From: Eledone cirrhosa
Taxonomy: Eukaryota
DNA: 64,000 nucleotides
NCBI GenBank assembly: GCA_964016885.1
Contig: OZ024742.1
Coordinates: 329,964,001-330,028,000 of the forward strand
Reading direction: 5' to 3'
Shown here: positions 1-14,000 of the stretch, in pieces
Numbering within the stretch: the stretch's first letter is position 1
Layout of the letters: each line of letters starts with the position of its first letter
Notes under the pieces: model-generated
What the model was told of the DNA's origin: nothing
Database searches by the model: none
The model's input: only the letters and a program-made list of their open reading frames with translations
Position numbers and translations under genes: made by a program

Positions 1-614
1 AATGTTTACCTGCTTATTACGAGTTATAGTATGCATTGTATTTTGTGTCAAAACATTGGGAAGAAAGAGAGTGGTAATTATACTATCATGTAATGTTAGG
101 TTGATTCCCAGGGTGTAATTTTCTGTGTGATATTAATGGATAATAAAATGTAACATTTCGGACTCGTTTTATTAGTGTCAGTTTTAGGGGACACATTTAT
201 GTGTTCCAATGTCATAAATGAATGAAAGTGACTATTAAAGATAGAATAGCCGTTAGAAGACATAATATGAATATATAAATGATTATGACTTTGCAAAAAT
301 TAAGAGGAATTTATATTAACCATAAATTTCTACAAATAATTTTAGGAGGATGTGAATTTAAAATTAGTTAATATAACTTAAGGGAGGTAATATTTATCAT
401 AAATGTTTGAACGTAGCAATTATACGAGTGGAACACATAATTTAGTTTTAGTCAATTACTGGGATGGAAAATAGAAAATAGCTAGATGCACCGTAACTAC
501 AAGGACGCTAAGTTCACTTGTTGCCTAAGGCAATTTGAAACAAATACTAATAACATTTAAATACTGAATGGGTTAATATGTATGGCACACACACATATAT
601 ATATATATATATAT

Positions 615-1250
615 AAGAGTGTATTGAAGTTTGCTTGAAGCATTGTGGAATAATAAAAAAAAATTGGTCGTTTTGGAAGCCTCAACAATGCAGGTAGGTA
701 AATCTCCAGGTAACATAATCCGTTGGTGGAGAGAGAGATGTAAGAGAAAATGTAGAATCAGATGTATAGTGTGTAGAGGAACGTAGGAAAGGGCGTACAA
801 ATAAAAAAAATAATAACACGAGATAGAGTTAGCTTGGGAGAGGTTTAATTGTCCCTATATTTCGGATTTCCTCAACTGGCCGGTTTTCCGAGGGGGAAGT
901 TATCCGTCGGAGCGGAACGGCACGTGGCCTCTGTTGTCCGCTATTTGTGTGTAACAAAAAGCGGACAACAGAGGCCAGTACCGTTCCTCTCCGACAGATA
1001 ACTTTCCCCATCGGAAGCCCCCCCCCCCCCCGTTGACGGATGCGAAATCCGAAATACAGGGAGAATTAAACCTCTCCTAGGCTAACTCTATCTCGTGTTA
1101 TTATTTTTATGTTTACGCTCTTTCCTACGTTCCTCTACACACTATACATCTCATTCTACATTTCATCATACATCTCTCTCTTCACCACCGGATTCTGTTA
1201 CCTGGAGATTTACCCATCTGCGTTGTTGAGGCTTCCAAAACGACCAGATT
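615..1250. mobile_element. Non-coding fold-back (palindromic) element in a TA tract, family A copy 1; probably PLE-derived
   Basis: Imperfect ~290-bp inverted arms centred near 950 (e.g. ataacacgagatagagttagc / gctaactctatctcgtgttat). Flanked by TA repeats. Related copy at 9400-10065. Confidence 0.7.
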
Positions 1251-1269
1251 TTATATATATATATATATA

Positions 1270-2130
1270 TGATGGACTGTATTGTCGTGTTCGACGCATG
1301 AAGGCCAACCAATCTTAAATTTCCCTTTACTGCACATTTAGTGACTGTACTCTCTTCGAAACAATAAACCTATCCTGCTTTTGCAAACCAGACAGTATCA
1401 TTCGCACACAAAATGTTGAACAGAAACTTCATTCCTTTCACCTTACTTTAGATCACTGAGGTTTTCAATCTCTGTGTTGACGTGTCTGCTGGTGCCATTT
1501 TGACAGATGATGCTTCAACTATTATGGCAAGCAGCAAATTACGCAAATCTCACTGTTGCATTCCATTACGCTTGATATTATTTATCAGTTTCTCCTTGTA
1601 CCTAATAAGGACTATCCCTACCTTTCGCACTCCCGCTTAAAGTTGGCCATAAATGAAGATGTAGGTGTCTGATATGTTTCGATATGGTCTTTAAGATTCC
1701 GACATATAACTGCATTGTATACTGAGATTTTGATTTTCTAAACTTATTCTACTTACACCATATCTTTGCTCCGAGTATTCCAATGGCATCACTAGCTTTG
1801 GCAATCTATTTACTATTTCATCATTTAAGGAAGCGCAACATTTGATTTGATTTCAGGAGTATGTAAAGCACTTCACATTCTTTAGCGGTTTGTTGTCCAC
1901 AAAAAATATTACATGATGGTGCATTGCATTGTGGCCGAGTTAGTGTTATGTCTCTACTATGAATACGTCCATTCACCGTTCATTTATCAGAAGCTTGCAT
2001 GTCTTCTTGGAAGGATGTTGTAATACTGAGCATCTTGGGAATTCTGACCACAATGCGTTACAATTGAAAGATACAAAAAGCTTTGTTAAGTCAAATTTTG
2101 CGTGGGGTACTTTTTTCATGGCATTCCCGG
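1270..2130 (-). pseudogene. Degenerate RTE-like LINE reverse transcriptase 3' fragment
   Basis: Minus-strand remnants such as KIKISVYNAV resemble the RTE C-terminal region. Many stops and frameshifts. Confidence 0.5.
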
Positions 2131-2778
2131 TTTAGATCTTTAGAGGTGGAGTGGAAATGCGAATTAATTCTAGCTAGTGAAGTTCTTAAATTAATATCTC
2201 TAGTTGATGATTCATATGCAAAACTCATATGGACTTTAGACTAGTCATATGTCTGTATTATATGAGGGATACAACTTTAACAAAAAATAGGTGTCATGCA
2301 TTCTTACGGTCTACACGTGTGTGTGTATGTGACAATGTTTGTGTGTGTGCATGTGTGCATGTATGCATGTATAATGTGCGTATGAGTTTATATCATTGTA
2401 TGATATAAAAATATCACGTGCATTTTTATTTTAAAATGATGAAACTAAAGTTTACCCAACATGAACGGTTGGTACTAATATCTGAAAAAAAAATAAAAGC
2501 AGACGTCAACACATTTAAAGAGGAAAAAAATTGAATGTTATTTCATATTAAATCTATGAAATGTATTCAAAATATACATTCCATTGAATTGTTTGTCTCT
2601 TTAGTAATATATTCCTATATATATATATATATATATGTAAGTTCAGTAAGAACAGAAAAATATTTGTAAACATTGCACGTACAATCATCAGGCAGTATAT
2701 CTATTCGAACACACACCAGCACACTTGCCTCATAAGTAGATACACACAAATATGCACACCACACGCATATATATGTAA

Positions 2779-2811
<33 letters not shown>

Positions 2812-2840
2812 TCATACATGTGTGTGTGTGTGTGTGTATG

Positions 2841-2894
<54 letters not shown>

Positions 2895-3266
2895 ATTCCT
2901 TATAATTAATTTAAATATGTCATTTTTAAAGCTGTCAAACATCCAAATGCTAGCTGCGAATAGCAGGAAGCCAAGCTAAAAGACTGCCGTCGTGTTAGAG
3001 AGAATCAATCTGTCAGATATATTTGGTAAAAAGTCAGTCACAGAATTGAAGTATATTTTTGGAAACAATTATACAAGGCAAAAATTGTACATGAAAAAAA
3101 CAAATAAAACAAGAAAAAACCCCAAAGAGACTCATTTTCGATACGTTTATTATATTCATGTATACTCTCCATTTCTGGTTTACCCACATTTTCATGTACA
3201 TGTATATATTTATATGTGGTTTTATAGATATATATATATATGTGCATGTGTGTGTGTGTGTGTGTT

Positions 3267-3305
<39 letters not shown>

Positions 3306-3311
<6 letters not shown>

Positions 3312-4052
3312 AGATTTGAATGGATACAGTTTAGTTGAAAGGAATTTATTGACACGTGTTTCTATAACAGTTACATAACCTAAAACAGCTATCTACAAAC
3401 TTTTAGTTATGCAGACATTCAATATTTCAATGTTATTGTTTACTGTCATTTCATCAGAATAATATTACTGAGGACCTATTTAGTTTTTATAGAGAATATT
3501 AGGAGGAAGGGGTGAAGTTGTTAGAAGAATAGTTGAAGGAGTGGTTTTTCGATAGCAGTGAGAATTCTTGGTGGCAGTGATTAATTAGATTCCCATCTGT
3601 TGTTTTGACATTTTTTATAGAATATATTATTGGTTATTTTTCTAAATCTATAGAAGGATTAGAGATAGTAAAGATATGCGTGGTTGGTTTTGTGTTTGCA
3701 CTTAACATTCAGACTTAAATTTTTCTTTCAAGTGTACGTATTCTTTCACCCACGCATTCACACACAAATATATTTGCACACCTCTACAAAATACATATAC
3801 TCACAATTCACATATTCATACTTACATATATATACACATGCATACACATATATATACACACTTGTATTCATGTACATACATACGCGCTCATGTGTATACA
3901 TTTTTATACTCAACTTATCTTTATATATACACACGTATAGACACACACATATATACATACATACTCTAGTCCATGTGTACACACATACACATACATACAC
4001 ATCCATATACACATACATACATACACACATATATATACATACATACATATAC

Positions 4053-4097
<45 letters not shown>

Positions 4098-4114
4098 CAT
4101 ATATACACACATAT

Positions 4115-4147
<33 letters not shown>

Positions 4148-5118
4148 AGCACTTTAATACATGAATACACTTACATCTAACTATACACATCAAACATATA
4201 TATATATTTACTTATTTATATACATTTTCACATATATATACATACTTATGGACGTTTTTAGACACATTCATTATCGCATATTTGTACCTATTCTCATCAG
4301 CATATCTTTTCATTATTAGTATGGTAATTTAAGGTTATTAATATATGTTGAAAAGAGATTGTTTTTATATTTTTCTAACTAGATTAAGGTTTATATAGTT
4401 GGGGGATGTCCCTCTTTTATGTAATATTCGGCTTGTAGTGGGAAAAAAGGGTTTTAGTTCTGTGACGGCAGAATAATGTTCGTTCAATTCTGTTATTCAG
4501 CAGTTTCTTCTTGTGTGTGATTATGTAATAAATCTCAAGATTACACAATTTGCAGAAATTTTGGCTCCTGGAAAAGCTTTGGGTTTTAGCTAATTTTTCC
4601 CATTTTAGGGTAAACTTTTGATTGCTATCCCTGAGCGTCCAAGCTTTCTCTGCTAAAGTTGTTACATTTCTTTGGCTCTGGTGTTTTATTGAGTAAGAAT
4701 GCCTATACAATCGAGATTTAAACGATGTTGCCGTTGATCCCACGTAATACCACTCGTTGCCTCCGGATTTAATGGTACACTTATAAATAATATTTTTTTC
4801 TAGGCAGTTATTGCCGAGGGGGCAGTTGTCAGGATAGGTGCAGTTACAGTTGTGTACGTTGGGTTTTCTCTGGAGTAGTATTGCGGACGAACTTAGGTGT
4901 GGTTTATTTATGTTCTGTAGTGTATTGTCTACTGTTTTTTTGGGGTTCTTTGTACTTAAGTTCTTAGTGTTTTCGTTTAACCTTCTAGTATTGATCTTTT
5001 TTATGTGTTGTTCAAGGTTTAACGCTGTAGAGTATGACAGTCTTATAGTGGTAGGGTTTAGGATTTTGTGGTATTTGTGTGATGTGGGAAAATGTCTTTT
5101 AATTATTTTAAAGAAGAG
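3306..5118 (-). repeat. 1.8-kb inverted copy of PLE1 6529-8343
   Basis: Near-identical reverse complement, including the GIY-YIG end (ORF 4417-4743) and the HHR. Confidence 0.95.
3346..3462 (-). ncRNA. Type I hammerhead ribozyme with large branched stem II (inverted copy)
   Basis: Reverse complement of 8187-8303. Confidence 0.75.
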
Positions 5119-7230
5119 AACCCACTATTAGATGCATTTGAGCAGGACCTTATGAACTTAATCCTTAAAATTAAATTCAAAGGACGCAACACCAACAGCA
5201 AATTACAGAAAGATATAAAAAAACTACTGGACGACCTTAAAAACACCAAAGGAATTGTAGTAAAAGCGGACAAAACATCAAACCTGTACACTATGGATTG
5301 CACTACATACAACAACTTCATTCGAAAAGAATTACATAAAAAATATAGAAAAACGAGTGAAGTAACCCTTAAGCACATCAATGATGAGGCATGCGAAATA
5401 GTGAAAAATCTCGGAATCGAAGATAGGACAGGACCACTCTTACCGGCGGTACCCACTTTCAATCTTAAGGACCACAAGGTAAACTTTGATAATGACCCTA
5501 AAATTAGATTAATCTGCCCCTCTAAATCAGATATAGGTAAAATAAGCAAATATATCTTAGATAGAATCATCCCCCAAATTAAGGCTAAGGTTAACATTAA
5601 ACTCTGGGGGAAGACCCAAGAAGCAATAAGATGGTTTAATAGCATTAGCAATAAGAATAAATCTAAGTTTATCCAGTTTGATATCGATGAATATTACTCA
5701 TCGATATCACCTGAAACTTTGAATAGAGCCATTAAGTTTGCTAAGGATAACTCCGACCTTACAAACGATGAAATTAAGATTATATTAGAAGCTAGGAAAA
5801 CTATAGTCAAATTTGAGAACAGTTATTGGGTACGTAAAGATAGACCCTCTAACTTTGACATAACAATGGGCTCTAACGATTCGGCGGAAATAACTGATAT
5901 TGTGGGGTTATTTATCGCCTTTAGACTCCAGGAAAAATTCAGCAATCTCCACGGCGGAATATACCGCGACGATGTTCTCCTCCTAGCTAAAAACCTTAAT
6001 AACCAAAAACTAGAAAAACTACGCAAAGATATAAGAAAACTACTACTCGAAATAGGACTAACTATAACATATGAATACAACCTTAAAGTAGTTAACTTCC
6101 TGGATGTCACACTCAATTTAAACTCTGGTTTGATTAAACCGTTTCATAAATTGAATGAAAATCTCAAATACGTAAATGTTGGGTCTAACCACCCCATCTC
6201 TATAATTAAATCTATCCCTAAAAATATTTCCCTTAGAATCTCGGGTCTATCTTCTAACATACAAGTATTTAAGGATCACGCCGAGTACTACGATAACGCC
6301 CTTAGTAAAGCAGGCTACCTCAACAAAATAGAGTACATAGATGGGAACAATCAAAACACCCAAAATAAATCCCACATAAGTAGATATAATAACACAACAC
6401 CAAACCACACTTACTACCATAGTATGCACACCAGTAAACCAACAAACAAAACTAATAGAAAGCGATGCAAAGAGTACTTATGGTATAACCCCGAATACAA
6501 TAGCTCCATTAGTACAAATTTACCAGTACTCTTCTTTAAAATAATTAAAAGACATTTTCCCACATCACACAAATACCACAAAATCCTAAACCCTACCACT
6601 ATAAGACTGTCATACTCTACAGCGTTAAACCTTGAACAACACATAAAAAAGATCAATACTAGAAGGTTAAACGAAAACACTAAGAACTTAAGTACAAAGA
6701 ACCCCAAAAAAACAGTAGACAATACACTACAGAACATAAATAAACCACACCTAAGTTCGTCCGCAATACTACTCCAGAGAAAACCCAACGTACACAACTG
6801 TAACTGCACCTATCCTGACAACTGCCCCCTCGGCAATAACTGCCTAGAAAAAAATATTATTTATAAGTGTACCATTAAATCCGGAGGCAACGAGTGGTAT
6901 TACGTGGGATCAACGGCAACATCGTTTAAATCTCGATTGTATAGGCATTCTTACTCAATAAAACACCAGAGCCAAAGAAATGTAACAACTTTAGCAGAGA
7001 AAGCTTGGACGCTCAGGGATAGCAATCAAAAGTTTACCCTAAAATGGGAAAAATTAGCTAAAACCCAAAGCTTTTCCAGGAGCCAAAATTTCTGCAAATT
7101 GTGTAATCTTGAGATTTATTACATAATCACACACAAGAAGAAACTGCTGAATAACAGAATTGAACGAACATTATTCTGCCGTCACAGAACTAAAACCCTT
7201 TTTTCCCACTACAAGCCGAATATTACATAA
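5092..7230 (+). CDS. PLE reverse transcriptase + GIY-YIG endonuclease, N-terminally truncated
   Basis: Motifs ADKT, FDIDEYYSSI, FDITMGS, YRDD, VNFLDVTL, WYNP, CNC..CPLGNNCL, IIYKC..YVGST..R..H, CKLC. The first 9 codons derive from the inverted arm; native sequence starts at 5119. Confidence 0.93.
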   Translation: MSFNYFKEENPLLDAFEQDLMNLILKIKFKGRNTNSKLQKDIKKLLDDLKNTKGIVVKADKTSNLYTMDCTTYNNFIRKELHKKYRKTSEVTLKHINDEACEIVKNLGIEDRTGPLLPAVPTFNLKDHKVNFDNDPKIRLICPSKSDIGKISKYILDRIIPQIKAKVNIKLWGKTQEAIRWFNSISNKNKSKFIQFDIDEYYSSISPETLNRAIKFAKDNSDLTNDEIKIILEARKTIVKFENSYWVRKDRPSNFDITMGSNDSAEITDIVGLFIAFRLQEKFSNLHGGIYRDDVLLLAKNLNNQKLEKLRKDIRKLLLEIGLTITYEYNLKVVNFLDVTLNLNSGLIKPFHKLNENLKYVNVGSNHPISIIKSIPKNISLRISGLSSNIQVFKDHAEYYDNALSKAGYLNKIEYIDGNNQNTQNKSHISRYNNTTPNHTYYHSMHTSKPTNKTNRKRCKEYLWYNPEYNSSISTNLPVLFFKIIKRHFPTSHKYHKILNPTTIRLSYSTALNLEQHIKKINTRRLNENTKNLSTKNPKKTVDNTLQNINKPHLSSSAILLQRKPNVHNCNCTYPDNCPLGNNCLEKNIIYKCTIKSGGNEWYYVGSTATSFKSRLYRHSYSIKHQSQRNVTTLAEKAWTLRDSNQKFTLKWEKLAKTQSFSRSQNFCKLCNLEIYYIITHKKKLLNNRIERTLFCRHRTKTLFSHYKPNIT

Positions 7231-7499
7231 AAGAGGGACATCCCCCAACTATATAAACCTTAATCTAGTTAGAAAAATATAAAAACAATCTCTTTTCAAC
7301 ATATATTAATAACCTTAAATTACCATACTAATAATGAAAAGATATGCTGATGAGAATAGGTACAAATATGCGATAATGAATGTGTCTAAAAACGTCCATA
7401 AGTATGTATATATATGTGAAAATGTATATAAATAAGTAAATATATATATATGTTTGATGTGTATAGTTAGATGTAAGTGTATTCATGTATTAAAGTGCT

Positions 7500-7532
<33 letters not shown>

Positions 7533-7549
7533 ATATGTGTGTATATATG

Positions 7550-7596
<47 letters not shown>

Positions 7597-8186
7597 GTAT
7601 ATGTATGTATGTATATATATGTGTGTATGTATGTATGTGTATATGGATGTGTATGTATGTGTATGTGTGTACACATGGACTAGAGTATGTATGTATATAT
7701 GTGTGTGTCTATACGTGTGTATATATAAAGATAAGTTGAGTATAAAAATGTATACACATGAGCGCGTATGTATGTACATGAATACAAGTGTGTATATATA
7801 TGTGTATGCATGTGTATATATATGTAAGTATGAATATGTGAATTGTGAGTATATGTATTTTGTAGAGGTGTGCAAATATATTTGTGTGTGAATGCGTGGG
7901 TGAAAGAATACGTACACTTGAAAGAAAAATTTAAGTCTGAATGTTAAGTGCAAACACAAAACCAACCACGCATATCTTTACTATCTCTAATCCTTCTATA
8001 GATTTAGAAAAATAACCAATAATATATTCTATAAAAAATGTCAAAACAACAGATGGGAATCTAATTAATCACTGCCACCAAGAATTCTCACTGCTATCGA
8101 AAAACCACTCCTTCAACTATTCTTCTAACAACTTCACCCCTTCCTCCTAATATTCTCTATAAAAACTAAATAGGTCCTCAGTAATA

Positions 8187-8303
8187 TTATTCTGATGAAA
8201 TGACAGTAAACAATAACATTGAAATATTGAATGTCTGCATAACTAAAAGTTTGTAGATAGCTGTTTTAGGTTATGTAACTGTTATAGAAACACGTGTCAA
8301 TAA
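8187..8303 (+). ncRNA. Type I hammerhead ribozyme with 88-nt branched stem II
   Basis: TTATT-CTGATGA-[A ATGACAGT ... ACTGTTAT A]-GAAA-CACGTG-TC-AATAA. Stem I 5 bp, palindromic stem III, GUC site. Confidence 0.75.
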
Positions 8304-8520
8304 ATTCCTTTCAACTAAACTGTATCCATTCAAATCTTTCTATTTTTCTCCGGATTACTTTTGGAACTACAACTGGAACCGTCGAGCAAACTCTACGTGA
8401 GCTGATAATCTACTGTGTGTAATATTTATATTACAACACAACGGAAAAAACTGTATATATATATATATATATATGTATATTATATATGTATATAAATATA
8501 TATGTGTATATGTATATATA

Positions 8521-9312
8521 CAGGGTGCGCACGGTATTTGAGGACAGATTTATGATTTAAAGAAATCGCTTATATAATAACAGAAAAAATAACTGGATTT
8601 TATAAAAATAACATAAACATAAAGCTAAATTATTAATTTAATAATTTCATTCTACGAAACCACCATAAACATCAATAACTACCTCTACGTGGGGTTGAAA
8701 TCGTTTACAAGCTAAGTGGTCCTAATACTGCGGCTTTCAAAGAATCTTCGGTGCTATGGGAGTGTTCATTGACATTTCTCTCAAAAGTGCTTCATACAGT
8801 CATTATTCCACTTGATTGAGATCTGGAGAATTAGGAGGCCAAATGTTGGTGGTGATGTGATCATGCAATTTTACAGCCATCCATTATTGTGTCATTTGAG
8901 CCTTGTGTGATGGCGCAGAATCATGTTGAAAGACATAAGGCCTTCCATTGATCTAAGGCTTAACAACGTTATCCAGAACCTCAATAAATGCAGCAGCATT
9001 CACCCAAAGGCCTTGTGGAAAAAAAGTGAGGGGGCATCACACGTCCTTCATTGCTAACAACACCCAAAACCATGACACTTGCAGGGAATTTTGGAACTTC
9101 AGAAGGGTCTGTACATAGCTACCTGTCATTTCTTCTGTTAGTTATGTGGTCCTTGTCAAAGTTTTTCTCCATGCATGCCTTTTCATTTCATTAGTAAGCA
9201 TTTTCTTGGATATTTTCATTAATATTTTCTGAGATAGAAGTTCAATAAAAATTAGTCAAATAGAATAATGACTGAAAATGCATGTCTTTCCTCAAATACC
9301 GGGCGCACACTG
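8521..9312 (-). mobile_element. Internally deleted Tc1/mariner superfamily transposon (maT/DD37D-like)
   Basis: TIRs cagggtgcgcacggtatttgagga / tcctcaaataccgggcgcacactg with TA flanks. Minus-strand remnants PASVMVLGVVSNEG, FQHDSAPSHKA, WPPNSPDLN. Confidence 0.85.
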
Positions 9313-9376
<64 letters not shown>

Positions 9377-9399
9377 TATGTGTGTGTATATATATGTAT

Positions 9400-10065
9400 A
9401 AGAGAGTATTGAAGTTTGCTTGAAGAATTGTGGAATAATAAGATATATATCCTTTAGGTCGTTTTGGAAGCCTCAACAATGCAGATGGGTAATTCACCGG
9501 GTAACGAGATCCGGTGGTGAAGATAGAGATGTAAGTAAATGTAGATTGAGATGTATAGTGTGTAGAAGAACGTAGGAAAGGACGTAAACATAAAAATAAT
9601 AACACGAGATAGAGTTACCTTGGGAGAGATTTATTTGTCCCTATATATTTCGGATTCACATGCATCAACTGGGTTTTTTCGGGGGGGTATCTGTCGGGGA
9701 GGTGCGAAACGTGTCCTCCGCTGTTTGTTGTTTTGAATATCTTCAATTTTATTTTAAATATATTCAAAACAACGAACAGCGGAGGGCATGTTTCACACCT
9801 TTCCGGCAGATAACTTCCCCCCCCCCCCATCCCCAGAAAAAAAACCCAGTTGATGGATGTGAATTCGAAATATATAGGGACAATTAAATCTCTCCCCAAA
9901 TAACTCTATCTCGTGTTATTATTTTTATTTTTTACGCTCTTTCCTACATTCTTCTCCACACTATACATCTCATTTTACATTCACTTACATCTCTTTATAT
10001 TCACCACCGGATCTCGTTACCTGGAGAATTATCCATCTGCATTGTTCCAAAACGTACTAAAGAAA
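9400..10065. mobile_element. Fold-back element family A copy 2
   Basis: Palindrome centred near 9750 with arms homologous to 615-1250 but a different core. TA flanks. Confidence 0.7.
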
Positions 10066-10288
10066 ATATATCATATATATGTATATATACATATATTTTT
10101 ATTGTTTGACCCGAATTACTTGGTCGTTTTGTTTTGGCTGTGCGGATGATATGTTTAACCATCATCTCAGTGTGTTTGGCCCTTAACGTATGTTGTAGCT
10201 CTGATTCATATGATTCATCGAGCGCTTGCCACACATATCGGACGTTGATTTTCGTTAATTCCTGAGCTGAAAACGATTCTCGCTAATT

Positions 10289-10410
<122 letters not shown>

Positions 10411-10464
10411 TTATACACACACACAAACACACACACACACACAAACACACACATATATATATGT

Positions 10465-11035
10465 TTCGTTCAGTATTGGTGCAGGCCATGTTTAACTTAG
10501 TAGTGCCACCTGCCGAAGTCTTCCAAATCATTATTTGGACACTATGGCTCATTCATGTAGAGACTTTCTTTGTTCTGAGACACATCATGGTGTAGAGCTT
10601 TTATCAGGGATTTTTTGTTGGGATTTTCCGAAAGACATTTTGAATTATATGGGATTTGTTCTTGTTTTATATGTTTTTGTGTAATTTTAAAGAGAGTTGG
10701 AGCAGTTGAGGTGCAAAGGTTCTGCTGTAATGTTGTTATGAGATGCGTGTTTGAATTTTCTCGTGGGCGGATAGAACGGGCTACAATCCTTAGGTTTATT
10801 TTAATGATAGTGCTAAAACGATTTGGGAAATGGTGGAGGAAATTCTTACTCATTAAATATTTCTAGTCGATCTGATATGTCAAGACGGTTACTCTAAAGA
10901 TATGATAGGCCTTGACATATCAGATCGACTAGAAATATTTAATGAGTAAGAATTTCCACCACCATTTCCCAAATCGTTTTAGCACTATCATTAAAATAAA
11001 CCTAAGGATTGTAGCCCGTTCTATCCGCCCACGAG
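10465..11035 (-). mobile_element. Degenerate PLE-like coding fragment with 125-bp fold-back
   Basis: Inverted arms ~10760-10884 and 10911-11035. Translation is weakly reminiscent of the PLE thumb/linker (GYSKDMI, LITT, PNKKSL). Confidence 0.4.
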
Positions 11036-14000
11036 ACCTAAGATCGGATATGATGTCATTAATGTGAACTGCTCTGCCAGTACAGAGATTATGTGCATGC
11101 TGAACAGTAAACCTTAATCTACAACCATCGAACAGAAATAAAACCTAATACACCCAAGCATTAACTAACGATTTGTGGTTATCTGTACGTATACTATATT
11201 ATGCTTCAATCTCTTTAGATATAAGTGATGAATAATATGACATACATTTGGAGGTTATACTTAACATGTTGCATAACCATGTAAAGGCTCACATCGAAGT
11301 TGTTACATATGTTATGTACCTTCATGACTGTCAGCAACATGAAGACTGCATTATATTCAATACAATCCTATTATCACATTATATATAAGAGAAGGCAACA
11401 TTCTATATGATCATATTTGTTTAACTCATTAAGATACAATTCACATTACATTAGCTTGCTGTTTCTAGAGGATAGTGGTTTTTGTTTCGAAACCCATTTG
11501 TCTGTTCATTTACATTGATGTGACAATTTGTAGAAGAGTATTTTAAATGTAGATTATTACTTTTTCTCTAAAATATACATTACAGTAAATGTATATAACA
11601 GAATATTTTAGAATAACACTAGCAAAACATGTATGTATGTAACCAATGACTATCTATAAAATTTGAAATATTTTTGTGTATTTCATTCAGTCTAATGTAC
11701 CTCTTAATTCAATAAGAGGTGTCACAAGACATACGATCAAACAATATGCTATAGACGTAATTCGTTAGCCGGTTAAAAAAAAGAAATATGAGTTTCACAG
11801 CTCATAAACTTTCGGGCGCCTTTTAAGCGATTGCATCTCAATGGCGGCTTTAATTTAGAGAACCCAATTATATTATGAACAATGATGTGGAATGAAGCAG
11901 CATTCTCAACAACCCAATGATCACACAATTCAAGTATTGAGCTTACGAATTTATAATAGTGAGCACAACCCCCTAACTACTACACCAATCTTATTCCCAA
12001 TCGGTATAATACCAACAACCGTTTCTTTCATAGAGCCGATTCTGTTCTTAAAACCCTGTAGATTTGCGCGATATTTGTGTCGTCCCCTCAGCAGATTCTC
12101 AGCCATAGAGACTATCATAAGAGGAGCTATTCACCCTTTAGCAAGTTATTAACAAGCATTAGTTTTAATGAGAAAATAATTACATTTATTCTTTCTACAT
12201 TTATTCTTTATTTATTCTTCAATTCTTTAAATGTGACAATTATTTCCTTCTAACACTTATATCATATAATCTGCAGATATCTACATTGTTTGATTCCACT
12301 AATCTGAATATAATTATTCACCATGTACTTTGCAGTCCCAGTCGACTAAGAATTATCCGCTCATAAATACGAAACCAAGTCTGAATCACGACATATGCCT
12401 ATGTTGTTTTTAATTTTATTTTGATATAGAGATTTTTCTAATTAATATTACCTTAGAAATTAGGTCATCACTATTAATGATACTATACGATCTTTTGATT
12501 AAAACTGCATCTAGAATCTTAAGGTTGGTTCAGCCTTCTCCTTCCCGGTAATTTAATTGATAGGAAAATAATTCTCATGGATTCAATTATTGATTCAATA
12601 AGACGGATTTTTCTGAGACTAATTTCAACTGATCATTGGTGGCAAAATATATATGTCAAAGAAAATTTATCTATCAAAACGGTAATTTAATTTTAGGTGA
12701 TTATTTAATTCTGGTCATGTATCTTCTGGAAAATTGTAAAAAATAAATCCACCAAACACTGCAGACATATATGCCACAACAAAGAAGCACAGATAAAAAA
12801 GAACAGGGACACGGCATGAATAAAAAAAAAAACTGAGGAGAATATTAACACACACATACACGCACGTACACATACACACACACAGATACACACACACACG
12901 CACACACCCACACACACACATGCGTATATATATATATATATGTGTGTGTGCGCGGAGGGATTTGGAATAATCTGAATATTGAAAAGCGAGCTACATATAT
13001 AATATAGCATATTTGTTACTGCTGATATCCCAAATCATGATGAAATTTACCTATTACGTTTGCCAGTTCATAAGATAATAAAATCTACTTTAGTGGGTTG
13101 AGAAATTGTCGTCACTAAACACGCATATTAATTATGAAGTGTCGAATTTGAAAATATTGAGTAAACCAGACTGCGTTCCAATTTTTATTTCTTCTATAGT
13201 GGAAGGAACTTCCTTTAAGATATGCGGCTACAGCTCCTTGTAAGTCATGAATCCTTACACCTTTTCGCAACCTCGATAACGCTAGACATGTCATACTCAA
13301 CAATTACACAATGCATTACATATTTAATATTTTCCAGCTAACAACATTTTCTTATTGTTATATGAAGATATTTAATCTAACTTCATGTAAAGTACAATAA
13401 TGTACCCCATAGATTTGATATTGTGTTATATCACCGAAACCTGATGGTCAAAGAAATGAAAACTAGCAACATTTGGACACATAGCATTTCGCATAACTGA
13501 ATAAAACAATCTCTTGATTTATAAGAGACACTCACAATTACAATAGGCGGACAACTGCTACAGGGTAAATAAATAAATAAATGATAGATGAATGGATTTT
13601 TTCGTAACAAAAGTAATAATTAAAAGTTACGTATAAGATAATAGTAGCAACAACAGATATACATGTGCCAGTGCACACATACACCTACATAGTATGCTTA
13701 CATACCCATGCACATACACATACATACACGCAATGATATCGCGCATGGATGTACACACGCATAGGCATATATTTATGCATACAAACGCATAAATTCACAT
13801 ATAAATACACACATCTTCATACGTATATATATCTTCTTATATACATATTCATACGTATATACAGGTACGCCTGGCAGTATATACACGCATATTCATATAC
13901 ACTCGCGCATACACGTGGAATTCATACATGTGCATACACTCACATAATGTGTACCAGTCGACACGCACACATAGATGCATGCACTCATATGCTTACATGG

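Larger units (their letters stand above)
3306..8453 (+). mobile_element. Penelope-like element PLE1 (Nematis-like by motifs), 5'-truncated, with inverted duplication of its 3' part
   Basis: Sense part 5119-8453 has an RT+GIY-YIG ORF, a microsatellite-rich 3' UTR and an HHR. Inverted arm 3306-5118 is the reverse complement of 6529-8343. TA tracts on both sides. Confidence 0.93.

Noticed and set aside
2645-2695. Minus-strand CTGATGA followed by a TTGTAC/GTGCAA hairpin
   Set aside because: GAAA and cleavage triplet are missing.
5103-6809. Antisense ORFs over PLE1 (also over PLE2 and PLE3)
   Set aside because: Shadow frames of A-rich coding strands with no motifs.
7347-7400. CTGATGA in the PLE1 UTR
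   Set aside because: No matching GAAA/UH or stems.
8192-8235. Short HHR fold using the first GAAA (8221), or a SECIS-like AUGA..AAA..GA
   Set aside because: No stem I for the short fold. The SECIS helix does not pair and the ORF has no in-frame TGA. The long fold explains the region better.
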